Positions 18,580-27,394 of a stretch of DNA of 64,000 bases are shown here, in pieces; positions within the stretch are counted from its first letter, which is position 1, and each line of letters begins with the position of its first letter. Source of the DNA: Bacillales bacterium UBA5729 (GTDB lineage Bacteria; Bacillota_I; Bacilli_A; Izemoplasmatales; Hujiaoplasmataceae); NCBI GenBank assembly GCA_002419505.1, contig DIGF01000033.1, forward strand, positions 12,564 through 76,563. Direction: 5' to 3'. The position numbers and the translations under genes are program-made. Under the pieces are notes generated by a model. That model saw only the letters and a program-made list of their open reading frames with translations, made no database searches and was not told where the DNA came from.

Positions 18580-19951
18580 TGAATTGCTAATCACCTTCCA
18601 TGAAAAAAGAATAAACTCAATTAAAACGAAGATCAATTTTAATGAAAACTATCTACCGATTAAACTTCAAAACATAACCGAAAAATCTGAAAAGAAAATC
18701 AAGTTTTTAACACTCAAAGCTCAAGAAAGAATTTTACCTTTTGAAATAGCTGCGGGAGTTGAGTCGGATTATTTAAAAGGAAAATATAATTTCCACCTAG
18801 ATAAGATAAACGACAAATATTATTGGAAAGAAAGAGCTGTCAAAGCAAGTGCATCAAGAAAAAATCTTGATCCAAAAGATCAAGTTCAAACGCTGCTGGA
18901 AGAAAAGAATTTAGAAATTAAGAAACTTAATAACATTTATTTTCCAGCCACTAGTAATGATGCGAAAACTGAGTACAACAATCAAAAAGCAGTTATTGAA
19001 AACGAATTAAATTCTAAAGTTAGTTTAATAACCGAAACACTAAATAAAAAAATCGCCGTTACGGAAGCTTTAACTCAATCAAAAATAGACAAACTTATCG
19101 TTGCCAAAGCAAGACTTAACGAAAAATTAGAAAAATTGACATCAAAAAAAGAAGAAAGATACAGTTTAGACCAAGATGTAGTCTTATCTATAAAAAATCT
19201 TTCCATGCACTTTGGCGGATTAAAGGCAGTCGATAATCTTAGTTTTGATGTTAAAGAAGGTGAAATCTTCGGACTAATTGGTCCTAATGGTGCAGGAAAA
19301 ACCACTGTTTTTAACTGTATTACCAGATTTTATCGCCCAAATTCAGGCGAAATGTATTTTAAAAATATCTACGGTGAAGTGGTTCATTTAAATGATAAAC
19401 AAGTCCATAATATCATTAAGGAGGGAATTGTAAGAACCTTCCAAAATGTTGAAATTGTTTGGGAACTGAATGTCGTTGATAATTTATTGGTGGCAGCTCA
19501 TACGATTTACCGCTCTGGTTTCTTTGGTCATTTGCTTAATTCTAGACTTTTACGACAAGAAGAAAAAGTCATGCGAAAAAAAGCCGAGCAAATTCTTGAA
19601 GACCTTAGCCTAGGTGCATATAAATACGCTTATCCATTAGGTTTGCCTTACGGCATCTTAAAGAAGATTGAATTAGCTAGAACATTAATGGCTAATCCGA
19701 AACTAATCATCCTCGATGAACCGGCAGCGGGTTTAAACGATGCTGAAACTGATGATCTAGCAAAAATCATTAAAAAGATTCAGAAAGACTATAACACAAC
19801 TATCTTCTTAGTAGAACATGATATGGGTTTGGTTATGGAAATTTGCGATACAGTATGTGCCATCAGTTTTGGAAAAAAACTCGCTATGGGTACACCTAAA
19901 GAAATTCAAAATTCAAAGATTGTTCAAGAAGCATATTTAGGTGGTGAATAA
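18563..19951 (+). CDS. livG: ABC ATPase LivG with a 205-aa charged/coiled-coil N-terminal extension
   Basis: GGAGGG lies 9 nt upstream of ATG 18563. The ABC core starts at VLSIKNLSMHFGGLKAV (19178), with Walker A GPNGAGKTT, signature and LDEPAAGLN. There is no in-frame ATG between 18563 and the ABC core. Confidence 0.85.
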   Translation: MVPIINELLITFHEKRINSIKTKINFNENYLPIKLQNITEKSEKKIKFLTLKAQERILPFEIAAGVESDYLKGKYNFHLDKINDKYYWKERAVKASASRKNLDPKDQVQTLLEEKNLEIKKLNNIYFPATSNDAKTEYNNQKAVIENELNSKVSLITETLNKKIAVTEALTQSKIDKLIVAKARLNEKLEKLTSKKEERYSLDQDVVLSIKNLSMHFGGLKAVDNLSFDVKEGEIFGLIGPNGAGKTTVFNCITRFYRPNSGEMYFKNIYGEVVHLNDKQVHNIIKEGIVRTFQNVEIVWELNVVDNLLVAAHTIYRSGFFGHLLNSRLLRQEEKVMRKKAEQILEDLSLGAYKYAYPLGLPYGILKKIELARTLMANPKLIILDEPAAGLNDAETDDLAKIIKKIQKDYNTTIFLVEHDMGLVMEICDTVCAISFGKKLAMGTPKEIQNSKIVQEAYLGGE

Positions 19952-19952
19952 A

Positions 19953-20708
19953 ATGGCTAATATATTAGAGATTAAAAACCTCATCGTTGACTATGGAATA
20001 ATCAGAGCGATAAAAGGAATTAACCTAGAAGTTGCAGAAGGAAGTATCGTTGCCATTTTAGGAGCTAATGGTGCTGGAAAAACCACCACGATTAGAACTG
20101 TTAACGGCATCGTTAAAGCAGCGAGCGGAGAAATATTATTTAGAGGTGAAAAGATTACTAATCTTGATCCTTATAAACTAGCCGCTAAAGGAATTATTCA
20201 ATCTCCTGAAGGAAGATTGATTTTAAGGGGACTAACTGTTGAAGAAAATCTTCTCGTTGGCGCTTACTCATTAAAATCTGAAGTGATTGAAACCGAAGGC
20301 GTTAAAAAAAGAATTTCTAGCAGAAAAATTAAAAAAGCAGTTCTTAAAGAAGTATATGAACTGTTTCCTGTTCTCAAAGAAAGAAGAAAGCAACAAGCTT
20401 CAACTCTTTCAGGGGGCGAACAACAAATGCTTGCGATTGGCAGAGCTTTGATGGGAAAACCTAAATTATTATTGCTAGATGAACCCTCATTAGGACTTGC
20501 TCCACTGATTGTCAAGGAAATCTTCAACAAGATTCAACAAATCAAAGCTTCAGGAACAACGATTCTAATTGTTGAACAAAATGCTTATCAAACTTTAAAA
20601 ATAGCGGATTATGTCTATGTTTTAGAATTGGGTAAAGTAAAAACCAAAGGATCAGCTGCAGAATTAATGCAGGATGATCAATTAGTAAAAGCCTATTTAG
20701 GCGGTTAA
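19953..20708 (+). CDS. livF: ABC ATPase LivF
   Basis: MANILEIKNL..GANGAGKTT..LSGGEQQMLAIGRAL..LLLDEPSLGLAP. GGTGGTG lies upstream of ATG 19953. The ORF track's GTG 19941 start is less likely. Confidence 0.88.
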   Translation: MANILEIKNLIVDYGIIRAIKGINLEVAEGSIVAILGANGAGKTTTIRTVNGIVKAASGEILFRGEKITNLDPYKLAAKGIIQSPEGRLILRGLTVEENLLVGAYSLKSEVIETEGVKKRISSRKIKKAVLKEVYELFPVLKERRKQQASTLSGGEQQMLAIGRALMGKPKLLLLDEPSLGLAPLIVKEIFNKIQQIKASGTTILIVEQNAYQTLKIADYVYVLELGKVKTKGSAAELMQDDQLVKAYLGG

Positions 20709-20767
20709 AAATAATAATAACCTATCAGGTTTATTATAGAAAAAAATTCATAAAAAGGAGAAAAGAT

Positions 20768-22138
20768 ATGAAGAAATTATTATTGTTATTTTCACTTGTA
20801 GCTTTTGGACTTGTATTAGTAGGATGCAACGGTACAACTACTGCTGCACCAACAACACAAGCACCAACTACACAAGCACCAACGACTGAAGAAGGAGAAC
20901 AAACTTCTCAAGGTGTCACAGACACTACTATCAAAGTTGGTAACACAGCAGCAGTTACTGGATATTTCGCAGCTGTAGGTGTTCCTTTCAACGACGCTAT
21001 CAAAGCAGTATTTAAAGAAGTAAATGATGCTGGTGGTATCGATGGAAGAACAATCCAATTCCTAAGCTATGATGATCAATTCAACGCTGAATTAGGTGTT
21101 ACTTACACTGAAACACTAGTTGAACAAGATGAAGTATTTGCTCTTGTAGGTCACTTTGGAACGCCAACTGTTGGAGCTACTTTAAACTACATCCAACAAA
21201 AAGGTATACCAATGGTTTATGCAGCAACTGGTATTAACTCACTTTATTTCCAAGAATCAGTTGGAAATCCAGTTATGGCTGTTCAACCAATCTACATCAC
21301 TGATGGAAGAATCATGACTGCTCGCGCAGTTAAAGAAGCTCTTTACGGTGTGAACGAAGATCAAAACATTGCAGCAGATGCAAAATATGGTGTTCTATAC
21401 ACTAATGACGATGTTGGTAATTCAATTAAAGCTGGGGTTGAAATCGAATTCGCAGAACTAGGCATTCCTACTTCAAGAATTTATTACATTCCAGTATCAG
21501 AATTAACAATTGACACTGCAGTTCAATTACTTAAATCTTACGCAGTATCATCAGTAATCTTAGCTATGAACCAAGGACCATTCGCTTGGACACTTACTTC
21601 AATGTATAACCAAGAATTAAATGTTCCAGTATTCACTTCATATGTTAACGCTGACGTTACAGCTGTTGACCACACACAATACAACCCATTACGTCCAATC
21701 TATACAAACGCATGGGTAGATGTATTCTCAACAGAAGGTCAAGCAGGAGTAGCAGCTTATATCGCTACTATTCAACAAGCAGATTTAGATGAAGCTACAA
21801 AAACTGCATATTTCGGAAACTCATTCGCTATTGCTGGTTATATCGCAGCTAAAGTATTCGTAGAAGGCTTATTAAGAGTTGAAGCTAACGGCGACGTACT
21901 TAACTGGGAAAACTATATTGCCGCAATGGAAGAAGGCCCAATTGACATTCCAATGGGTGGTACAGTAGATTTCAGTGGTGGAAAACGTTGGGGTATCGCT
22001 TCAATGTCATTACTAAAATATACTTACGGTTTAGGTGACAATCCAGCTACACCAGATGTAGTTGAAGATGACTTCTTAACAGAAGCTTTCATTAAAGTTA
22101 GAGAAATCGAAACAATCGAAGAAATCGAAGCAAAATAA
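20768..22138 (+). CDS. Liv-type (PBP1) substrate-binding lipoprotein
   Basis: Signal peptide with lipobox LVGC, a Thr/Pro/Ala linker, then a periplasmic-binding-protein-like body. It lies immediately downstream of livHMGF. AAGGAG RBS. Confidence 0.8.
   Translation: MKKLLLLFSLVAFGLVLVGCNGTTTAAPTTQAPTTQAPTTEEGEQTSQGVTDTTIKVGNTAAVTGYFAAVGVPFNDAIKAVFKEVNDAGGIDGRTIQFLSYDDQFNAELGVTYTETLVEQDEVFALVGHFGTPTVGATLNYIQQKGIPMVYAATGINSLYFQESVGNPVMAVQPIYITDGRIMTARAVKEALYGVNEDQNIAADAKYGVLYTNDDVGNSIKAGVEIEFAELGIPTSRIYYIPVSELTIDTAVQLLKSYAVSSVILAMNQGPFAWTLTSMYNQELNVPVFTSYVNADVTAVDHTQYNPLRPIYTNAWVDVFSTEGQAGVAAYIATIQQADLDEATKTAYFGNSFAIAGYIAAKVFVEGLLRVEANGDVLNWENYIAAMEEGPIDIPMGGTVDFSGGKRWGIASMSLLKYTYGLGDNPATPDVVEDDFLTEAFIKVREIETIEEIEAK
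20846..20887 (+). repeat. 15-nt tandem repeat (gcaccaacWacacaa x2 plus a partial copy) encoding the APTTQ linker repeats
   Basis: Read directly: 20846-20860 and 20861-20875 differ at 1 nt, and 20876-20887 is a partial copy. Confidence 0.85.
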
Positions 22139-22156
22139 TTAACATACTATAAGGTA

Positions 22157-22180
22157 TAGGGAGAGTTAATTCTCTCCCTA
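22157..22180 (+). terminator. hairpin without U-tract after the binding-protein gene (weak or partial terminator)
   Basis: tagggagag-ttaatt-ctctcccta, a 9-bp perfect stem, followed by tcaaccttta rather than a T-run. Confidence 0.35.
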
Positions 22181-22218
22181 TCAACCTTTAGTAACATCTC
22201 AAGAGAGGAAAAAAACCT

Positions 22219-23535
22219 ATGAAAAATCCCAAATACGTTAATATCCAAGAAGTAATTGATTTAGTCAAAAGCGACCAACAAATTATCGTTGGCTCAGCAG
22301 CGGCGGAACCCCAAGAATTTATGATTAACCTTCACAAAGCTGGTCACAGAGTAAAAAATGTGACTGTTACTAACTGTTTGCCATTTGCGGATTCCGAGTT
22401 TTTTATGGATGAAAAATGGCGCGACTCATTTTTCCTAGACGGCTGGTTCTATACCGGTGTATTAAGAAAAATGCATAAACATGGAAATATCTCGTTTATC
22501 CCTAATAATTTACATTTTGCCGGGACTAAACGATTACAACATAGAAAAGCGGATATCTTTGTAACTTCAGCGACAATGCCCGATAAACACGGTTATGTCT
22601 CTTTATCACTATCAAATATTTACGAAAAAGAAATCCTTGAACAAGCAGACATCGTTGTCTTAGAGATCAATGAAAAATATCCACGAACTTATGGAGATAC
22701 TGAAGTTCATATTAGCGATGTTGATTACTTAGTTAAAGTCAACTATGATCCTCCAATGTTACCTGATGTTGAACCAAATGAAAAAGATGTAATCATCGGT
22801 AATTTAATCGCTGAAAAGATTAATGACGGTGATACCATTCAATTAGGAATCGGCGGCATTCCTAATGCAGTTGCTAAAGCTTTGGTAAATAAAAAAGATT
22901 TAGGAATTCATACTGAAATGTTTACTTCGGGAATGATTGACTTAATTGAATCGGGTGCAGCTAACGGCAAGAAAAAGACCTTGCATAAAGGTAAACACGT
23001 TTGTTGTTTCGCATTAGGAAATAAACGCCTATATGATTACTTAGATCATAATCCGGCAGTTTTAGTTTTACGTGGATCTTATGTAAACGATCCTACAATC
23101 ATCGGTTTAAACGACAATCAAGTTTCGATTAATTCAACTTTAGAAGTTGACTTAACCGGCCAATGTGCTTCTGAATCAATCGGTACAGTTCATTTCAGCG
23201 GTACCGGCGGACAAACTGATACAGCGGTCGGTGCGCAGAACTCTAAAAACGGAAGGTCTTTTATTTCGCTTTATTCCACAGCTTGGGTAAGAAATCCAGA
23301 AACCGGGGAAAAAGAAGAAGTAAGTAAAATTGTTCCAACTTTAAAACCAGGTGCAGCAGTATCTTTATCAAGAAATGATGTTGATTATGTTGTGACTGAA
23401 TATGGTATCGTCAGTCTCAGAGGTACCAACATCAGAGAAAGAGCAAGACTCTTAATCAGTATCGCACATCCTAAATTTAGAGACGAATTAAAAAAAGAAG
23501 CGATAAAGGCAGGATTTATCCATGAGCATTTTTAA
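22219..23535 (+). CDS. acetyl-CoA hydrolase/transferase family protein (4-hydroxybutyrate / butyryl-CoA:acetate CoA-transferase-like)
   Basis: About 438 aa with LGIGGIPNAV, HTEMFTSG and GSYVNDP.. motifs typical of the Cat2/AcetylCoA_hydro family. Confidence 0.8.
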   Translation: MKNPKYVNIQEVIDLVKSDQQIIVGSAAAEPQEFMINLHKAGHRVKNVTVTNCLPFADSEFFMDEKWRDSFFLDGWFYTGVLRKMHKHGNISFIPNNLHFAGTKRLQHRKADIFVTSATMPDKHGYVSLSLSNIYEKEILEQADIVVLEINEKYPRTYGDTEVHISDVDYLVKVNYDPPMLPDVEPNEKDVIIGNLIAEKINDGDTIQLGIGGIPNAVAKALVNKKDLGIHTEMFTSGMIDLIESGAANGKKKTLHKGKHVCCFALGNKRLYDYLDHNPAVLVLRGSYVNDPTIIGLNDNQVSINSTLEVDLTGQCASESIGTVHFSGTGGQTDTAVGAQNSKNGRSFISLYSTAWVRNPETGEKEEVSKIVPTLKPGAAVSLSRNDVDYVVTEYGIVSLRGTNIRERARLLISIAHPKFRDELKKEAIKAGFIHEHF

Positions 23536-24346
23536 ATATCAAAATCAAGATATTTTCTATGAAATCGATGGAGAGGATAACAAACCAAAACTCTTGATTC
23601 TCAACGGCATTATGATGTCAACTAAATCTTGGATCCCTTTTGTGGATACGCTTAAAGAACATTTTCAACTAATCAGACTAGATATGTTTGACCAAGGTCA
23701 ATCAGTAAAACTAGATTATTTTTATACTCAAGAGATTCAAATTAACTTAATCAAAGCTTTACTTGATTATTTAAAAGTTAACCAAATTAACATTGCCGGA
23801 ATTAGCTATGGTGGTGAGATTGGTTTACTGTTTGCTTGTAGTTTTCCTAATCTCGTAAAACGTTTGATGCTTTTTAATTCTTCAGCTTATACAAATCCTT
23901 GGCTTAAAGATATTGGCGACGGGTGGATTAAAGCTGGAGAGAAAAGAGACGGTGCTTTATATTATAAAACAACGATTCCGGTAATCTATTCTTCCAAGTA
24001 TTATGAAGAAAAACTAGAATGGATGCAAAACCGGGAAAAGGTCTTATTACCGGTCTTTTCCAATCCAATATTTTTAGACGCTATGGAAAGATTAACTAGA
24101 AGTGCTGAAAGTTTTGACGTAAGAAACAACCTTAAAGATTTAAACTTACCAGTCTTGATTGTGACTGCCGAACAAGATATTTTAACCCCGAGGAAAGATC
24201 AAGAGTATCTATATAAAAACATTAAAAATGCTAATTGGGTAATCATTCCTGAGGTGGGTCACGCTTCGATGTATGAGAACCCAAGTATCTTTACAACTCT
24301 GATAACAGGTTTCTTTTTAATTAAAGATATAGAATATAAAATTTAA
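23522..24346 (+). CDS. alpha/beta-fold serine hydrolase
   Basis: Nucleophile elbow GISYGG and a C-terminal GHASMYENP His motif. It overlaps the upstream gene by 14 nt. Confidence 0.8.
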   Translation: MSIFKYQNQDIFYEIDGEDNKPKLLILNGIMMSTKSWIPFVDTLKEHFQLIRLDMFDQGQSVKLDYFYTQEIQINLIKALLDYLKVNQINIAGISYGGEIGLLFACSFPNLVKRLMLFNSSAYTNPWLKDIGDGWIKAGEKRDGALYYKTTIPVIYSSKYYEEKLEWMQNREKVLLPVFSNPIFLDAMERLTRSAESFDVRNNLKDLNLPVLIVTAEQDILTPRKDQEYLYKNIKNANWVIIPEVGHASMYENPSIFTTLITGFFLIKDIEYKI

Positions 24347-24359
24347 GGAGTTGATTAGT

Positions 24360-25244
24360 TTGAAAAAGAAATATGTTCGCTTAGCGAACGATGAAACCTA
24401 TGCTTACTTAGAAAAAGGTTCGGGCGATAAACACTTAATCTTAGTTCACGGCAATTTTTCTTCAGGTGTATATTACAAACCGCTTCTTGATCGTTTACCA
24501 GAAGACATTCACACCTTTGCAATTGATATGCGAGGTTTTGGTGATTCGACATATGAAAAGCCAGTGATGTCATTAAAAGATTTAGCAGATGATTTAAACC
24601 TGTTTATGAAGGCAATGAAGATTGCTGAAGCTGATATTGTTGGTTGGTCTTTAGGTGGCGGAGTGGTAATGGAATTTGCAGCTCATTATCCTGAACAAAT
24701 TACAAGTCTTGTTTTAATAGCCTCAACTACTTATAAGGGTTATCCTGTTTTTAAAAAAGGCGAGAATAACCAACCTTTAATTGGTCGGGTCTACTCATCA
24801 AGAGCAGAAATGGCCAATGACCCGATTCAAGTCAAACCTTTACTTGATGCCTTAAAAACACAAAACTTAGAATTTTTAAAGTACATTTACAACTTAACCA
24901 TCTATACTTATAACAAACCGAGTGATGAAGATAACTTACTCTATTTAACTGATTCTTTAAAGCAAAGAAACTTAGTTGACGTTGATTTTGCCCTAGCAAG
25001 TTTAAATATGGGTAAAGACCACAATCTTTATTCACCAGGACAAAACACAATAGATAAAATAAAATGCCCAGTTTTGCATGTTTGGGGATCACATGATATC
25101 ACAGTCCCTGAATACATGGTATTGGATAATTTTAAAGCTCTAGAAGATGTCTCAACTTATGTCAAATTTGATCAATGCGGACATTCACCTTTAGTAGATA
25201 AACCAGACGAATTAACAAAAGTTATTCTTGATTTTATCAAGTAG
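24360..25244 (+). CDS. alpha/beta-fold serine hydrolase
   Basis: LILVHGNFSS oxyanion region, GWSLGG nucleophile elbow and CGHSPLVDKP His motif. AAGGAG at 24345-24350 favours TTG 24360 over the adjacent TTG 24351 used in the ORF track. Confidence 0.8.
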   Translation: MKKKYVRLANDETYAYLEKGSGDKHLILVHGNFSSGVYYKPLLDRLPEDIHTFAIDMRGFGDSTYEKPVMSLKDLADDLNLFMKAMKIAEADIVGWSLGGGVVMEFAAHYPEQITSLVLIASTTYKGYPVFKKGENNQPLIGRVYSSRAEMANDPIQVKPLLDALKTQNLEFLKYIYNLTIYTYNKPSDEDNLLYLTDSLKQRNLVDVDFALASLNMGKDHNLYSPGQNTIDKIKCPVLHVWGSHDITVPEYMVLDNFKALEDVSTYVKFDQCGHSPLVDKPDELTKVILDFIK

Positions 25245-25261
25245 CTTTTTATAATTTTTTC

Positions 25262-25334
25262 TTCCTTTTATAAATGGAGCGCTTTCGTGATAATGGGGCG
25301 GAGAAAGCGCTCCGATAAAAGGGAATATTTTTTT
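25262..25334 (+). terminator. strong intrinsic terminator ending the thiolase-liv-hydrolase operon
   Basis: 11-bp perfect inner stem ggagcgctttc/gaaagcgctcc (25276-86 / 25303-13) plus a 10-bp outer stem (25262-71 / 25315-24), followed by T7 at 25328-25334. Confidence 0.85.
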
Positions 25335-25354
25335 GCCAAATTAATACAAAATGC

Positions 25355-25383
25355 TTGACAAATAGATTTGACTATAATATAAT
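25355..25383 (+). promoter_or_regulatory. sigma-A promoter of the riboswitch-led locus
   Basis: TTGACA 25355-25360, a 17-nt spacer, then TATAAT 25378-25383. A second overlapping TATAAT sits at 25373-25378. The exact TSS is uncertain relative to the proposed P1 helix. Confidence 0.6.
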
Positions 25384-25458
25384 CAACTTGTAAATAGCAA
25401 AACTAGCGAAAGTTAGTGACGCAAAGCTATAGGGCCTTCGATAGATGGTAGCCAGTTG
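25384..25458 (+). promoter_or_regulatory. c-di-GMP-I (GEMM-I) riboswitch aptamer
   Basis: GCAAAA (25397-402). Hairpin ACUAGC-GAAA-GUUAGU (25402-417) with a GNRA loop. GACGCAAAGC (25418-427). CUAU/AUAG helix (25427-30 / 25441-44). GGUAGC (25447-52). Possible P1 is CAACUUG (25384-90) pairing with CAGUUG (25453-58). The order and spacing match my memory of the GEMM-I consensus and the Vibrio Vc2 aptamer. Confidence 0.8.
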
Positions 25459-25488
25459 CCGTTATCTTTTAAAGATGAGGGCATTTTT
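25458..25488 (+). terminator. intrinsic terminator forming the riboswitch expression platform
   Basis: GCCGUUAUCU / AGAUGAGGGC stem (one G-G mismatch, one G-U pair) with a 5-nt loop, then AUUUUU (25483-88). Its 5' arm abuts the aptamer 3' end. Confidence 0.65.
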
Positions 25489-25595
25489 AATTTCTTAGGC
25501 ATTGATACCTAACTAGAAAAAAATGTACACTCACTAGGTGATGGCTTTTTTTCTATAGTAAGTCAGAAAAAGAATGGGGGGATCCGTTTGCGAAT

Positions 25596-26360
25596 ATGAG
25601 CCAAAAAGTTAAATTAGCTAGTCATATTGTAAATGCCTCTAAGGCCGCAAAAATCGCTAAAGCAAGTCGTCTTGGCATTGTCGTAAGCGCCGTCCTCGTC
25701 TTTCTAATCTTCTCGATTTCCTACTATGGGACGATGGTTGGTAATTTCACCTTCAGTGTTGACGGTTTCGCAAGAGATGCAGGCATTACCATGTATGAAT
25801 ACGCAGATAGAAAAGAGTTTAGAACAAGAATAGTTTCTGAAAAAGTTGAAGACAACCATGGAATGACAGGTTACTGTGGGACTGAGTATTATGATGGTTC
25901 CTACGGTGAGGAAGTATGTATTCCTGATGATGATGTATTAGGAGTAGATGGTCCTAACAACGGCGAATCTTACATCGCACACACATTTTATGTTGAAAAT
26001 GCCGGCGATTACATGATTGACCTAAGCGCAACGATTAATATTTTATCTGCAGTTAGAGGTGCAGAAGAAGCTCTAAGAGTACGGGTGATCATTAACGGTG
26101 TTGGAGTTACTTATGCTAAAGTTCAATCTGAAAGAGGAGTATCGCCTGGAGAATTAGAACCCTTGACAGAAAGTTTTTACAGTATTGATAAAGTCTTTTA
26201 CCAAGAATTTCTAGAAATGGATGTTGGAGAATTTATCAAAGTTACAGTGGTTGTATGGTATGAAGGAACAGACGCCGATCATACAAATGATTTATTTGGA
26301 GGCGGAATAAAATTAGACATGAAATTTTCAGTCACAAATGTTTACAAAGATAGGCTTTAA
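25596..26360 (+). CDS. TasA/camelysin (M73)-like protein, paralog 1, with an N-terminal signal-anchor
   Basis: N-terminal TM then GTMVGNFTFSV (compare the SipW-type G-T-x-A-x-F-x-D region). FYVENAGDYMIDL strand motif. C-terminal NDLFGGGIKLDMKFSV resembles the TasA ..NKYQGNSIKLQFSFEA ending. Confidence 0.65.
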   Translation: MSQKVKLASHIVNASKAAKIAKASRLGIVVSAVLVFLIFSISYYGTMVGNFTFSVDGFARDAGITMYEYADRKEFRTRIVSEKVEDNHGMTGYCGTEYYDGSYGEEVCIPDDDVLGVDGPNNGESYIAHTFYVENAGDYMIDLSATINILSAVRGAEEALRVRVIINGVGVTYAKVQSERGVSPGELEPLTESFYSIDKVFYQEFLEMDVGEFIKVTVVVWYEGTDADHTNDLFGGGIKLDMKFSVTNVYKDRL

Positions 26361-26418
26361 TTTTTGATTACAAAAATGTATAATAAATATAATATGAAAT
26401 AATAAAGGAGAAAAATTT

Positions 26419-27363
26419 ATGAAAAATTTAAGAAACAAAGTGATTCTTTCAGGAATCGTATTACTATTTGCGTTTATCGCAACAATTGGTTCGACTTATG
26501 CATGGTTTACAGTTTCATCAACGGCTACAGTCAGTGAGATAACATTAAACGTTCAAGCTGAAGAAAACTTGTTGATAAAAATTGTACCATATAATGAAGG
26601 ATCAGGGACTTTTGCGCCTGATTATAGTCTAAACCCTGCAGGATATCAATCTGCAGTTACGCTTGCGCAATTACAAACAGCTGGATATTTGCCTACTGGA
26701 ACCCCTTGGAGATTATTGCCTTCAACAGTTTTTGCAACAGATGAAGCTACTCATGATGATATCAACGAAAGGGTACTCCACTATCTTGGAGATCCTACCG
26801 ACAGTTTAAGAACTTTAGTAGCTGCTCCATTTAATAACGGATCAAGTGGTAGATATGTTCAACTTCAATTCATTGTTATGCAGCAATCAGACATTCCTCA
26901 AGCTCTTGAAATGAGAACAATTAGAATTTCCGCTTCTTATGGTGTTGGAGATGCTAGAAATAACATTGCTGAAGCAGTTAGGTTATCTGTATGGGGAGAT
27001 GACACGGGTTATCTTGGTCATGACACAGAATACACTCCTTTAATTGGAGCTCCTTTAACCTTTGGTAGAGACTCGGATTTTGCTTATTCTTTTGCTGGAA
27101 GAACAGGTTTTACATTTACCAATTTGGATACTATAGCTCAAATTCGTGATGGAATATCCCCACTATATCCAACAGTTATTGATATATATGATGGTTCTTC
27201 ATGGGTTGATCCAGTTCAAGATGTATTCATTTTACAACCGAATGCTCCTACATTAATTACCGTTAATATTTACATAGAAGGTTGGGATGAACAAGCAGAT
27301 AACTACATTATTGGTGCTGAATTTGATATTTCATTCGCCTTCACAATTGGAAGTATTGATTAA
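26419..27363 (+). CDS. TasA/camelysin (M73)-like secreted protein, paralog 2 (likely major subunit)
   Basis: AAAGGAG RBS. The signal peptide ends in IGSTYAWFTVSSTATVSEITLNV (camelysin: GGTFAYFSD...GTLDL). The C-terminus is IYIEGWDEQADNYIIGAEFDISFAFTI. It is followed by a strong hairpin. Confidence 0.7.
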   Translation: MKNLRNKVILSGIVLLFAFIATIGSTYAWFTVSSTATVSEITLNVQAEENLLIKIVPYNEGSGTFAPDYSLNPAGYQSAVTLAQLQTAGYLPTGTPWRLLPSTVFATDEATHDDINERVLHYLGDPTDSLRTLVAAPFNNGSSGRYVQLQFIVMQQSDIPQALEMRTIRISASYGVGDARNNIAEAVRLSVWGDDTGYLGHDTEYTPLIGAPLTFGRDSDFAYSFAGRTGFTFTNLDTIAQIRDGISPLYPTVIDIYDGSSWVDPVQDVFILQPNAPTLITVNIYIEGWDEQADNYIIGAEFDISFAFTIGSID

Positions 27364-27394
27364 TTCAGTTTAATAACGAATAAAAAACTATAAA

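Noticed and set aside
25501-25552. A second T-run (T7, 25546-25552) downstream of the riboswitch, considered as a possible second terminator or tandem switch.
   Set aside because: I could not build a convincing stem immediately upstream, only 3-4 bp or G-U-rich pairings, and no second aptamer-like sequence is present. I treat it as an ordinary AT-rich leader unless folding software says otherwise.
25574-25582. G6 tract (aatggggggatcc) in the RBS region of the first fibre-locus gene, considered as a possible phase-variation tract.
   Set aside because: Six G residues is short for slipped-strand switching, and the tract is most simply the Shine-Dalgarno element. Only population sequencing could show otherwise.
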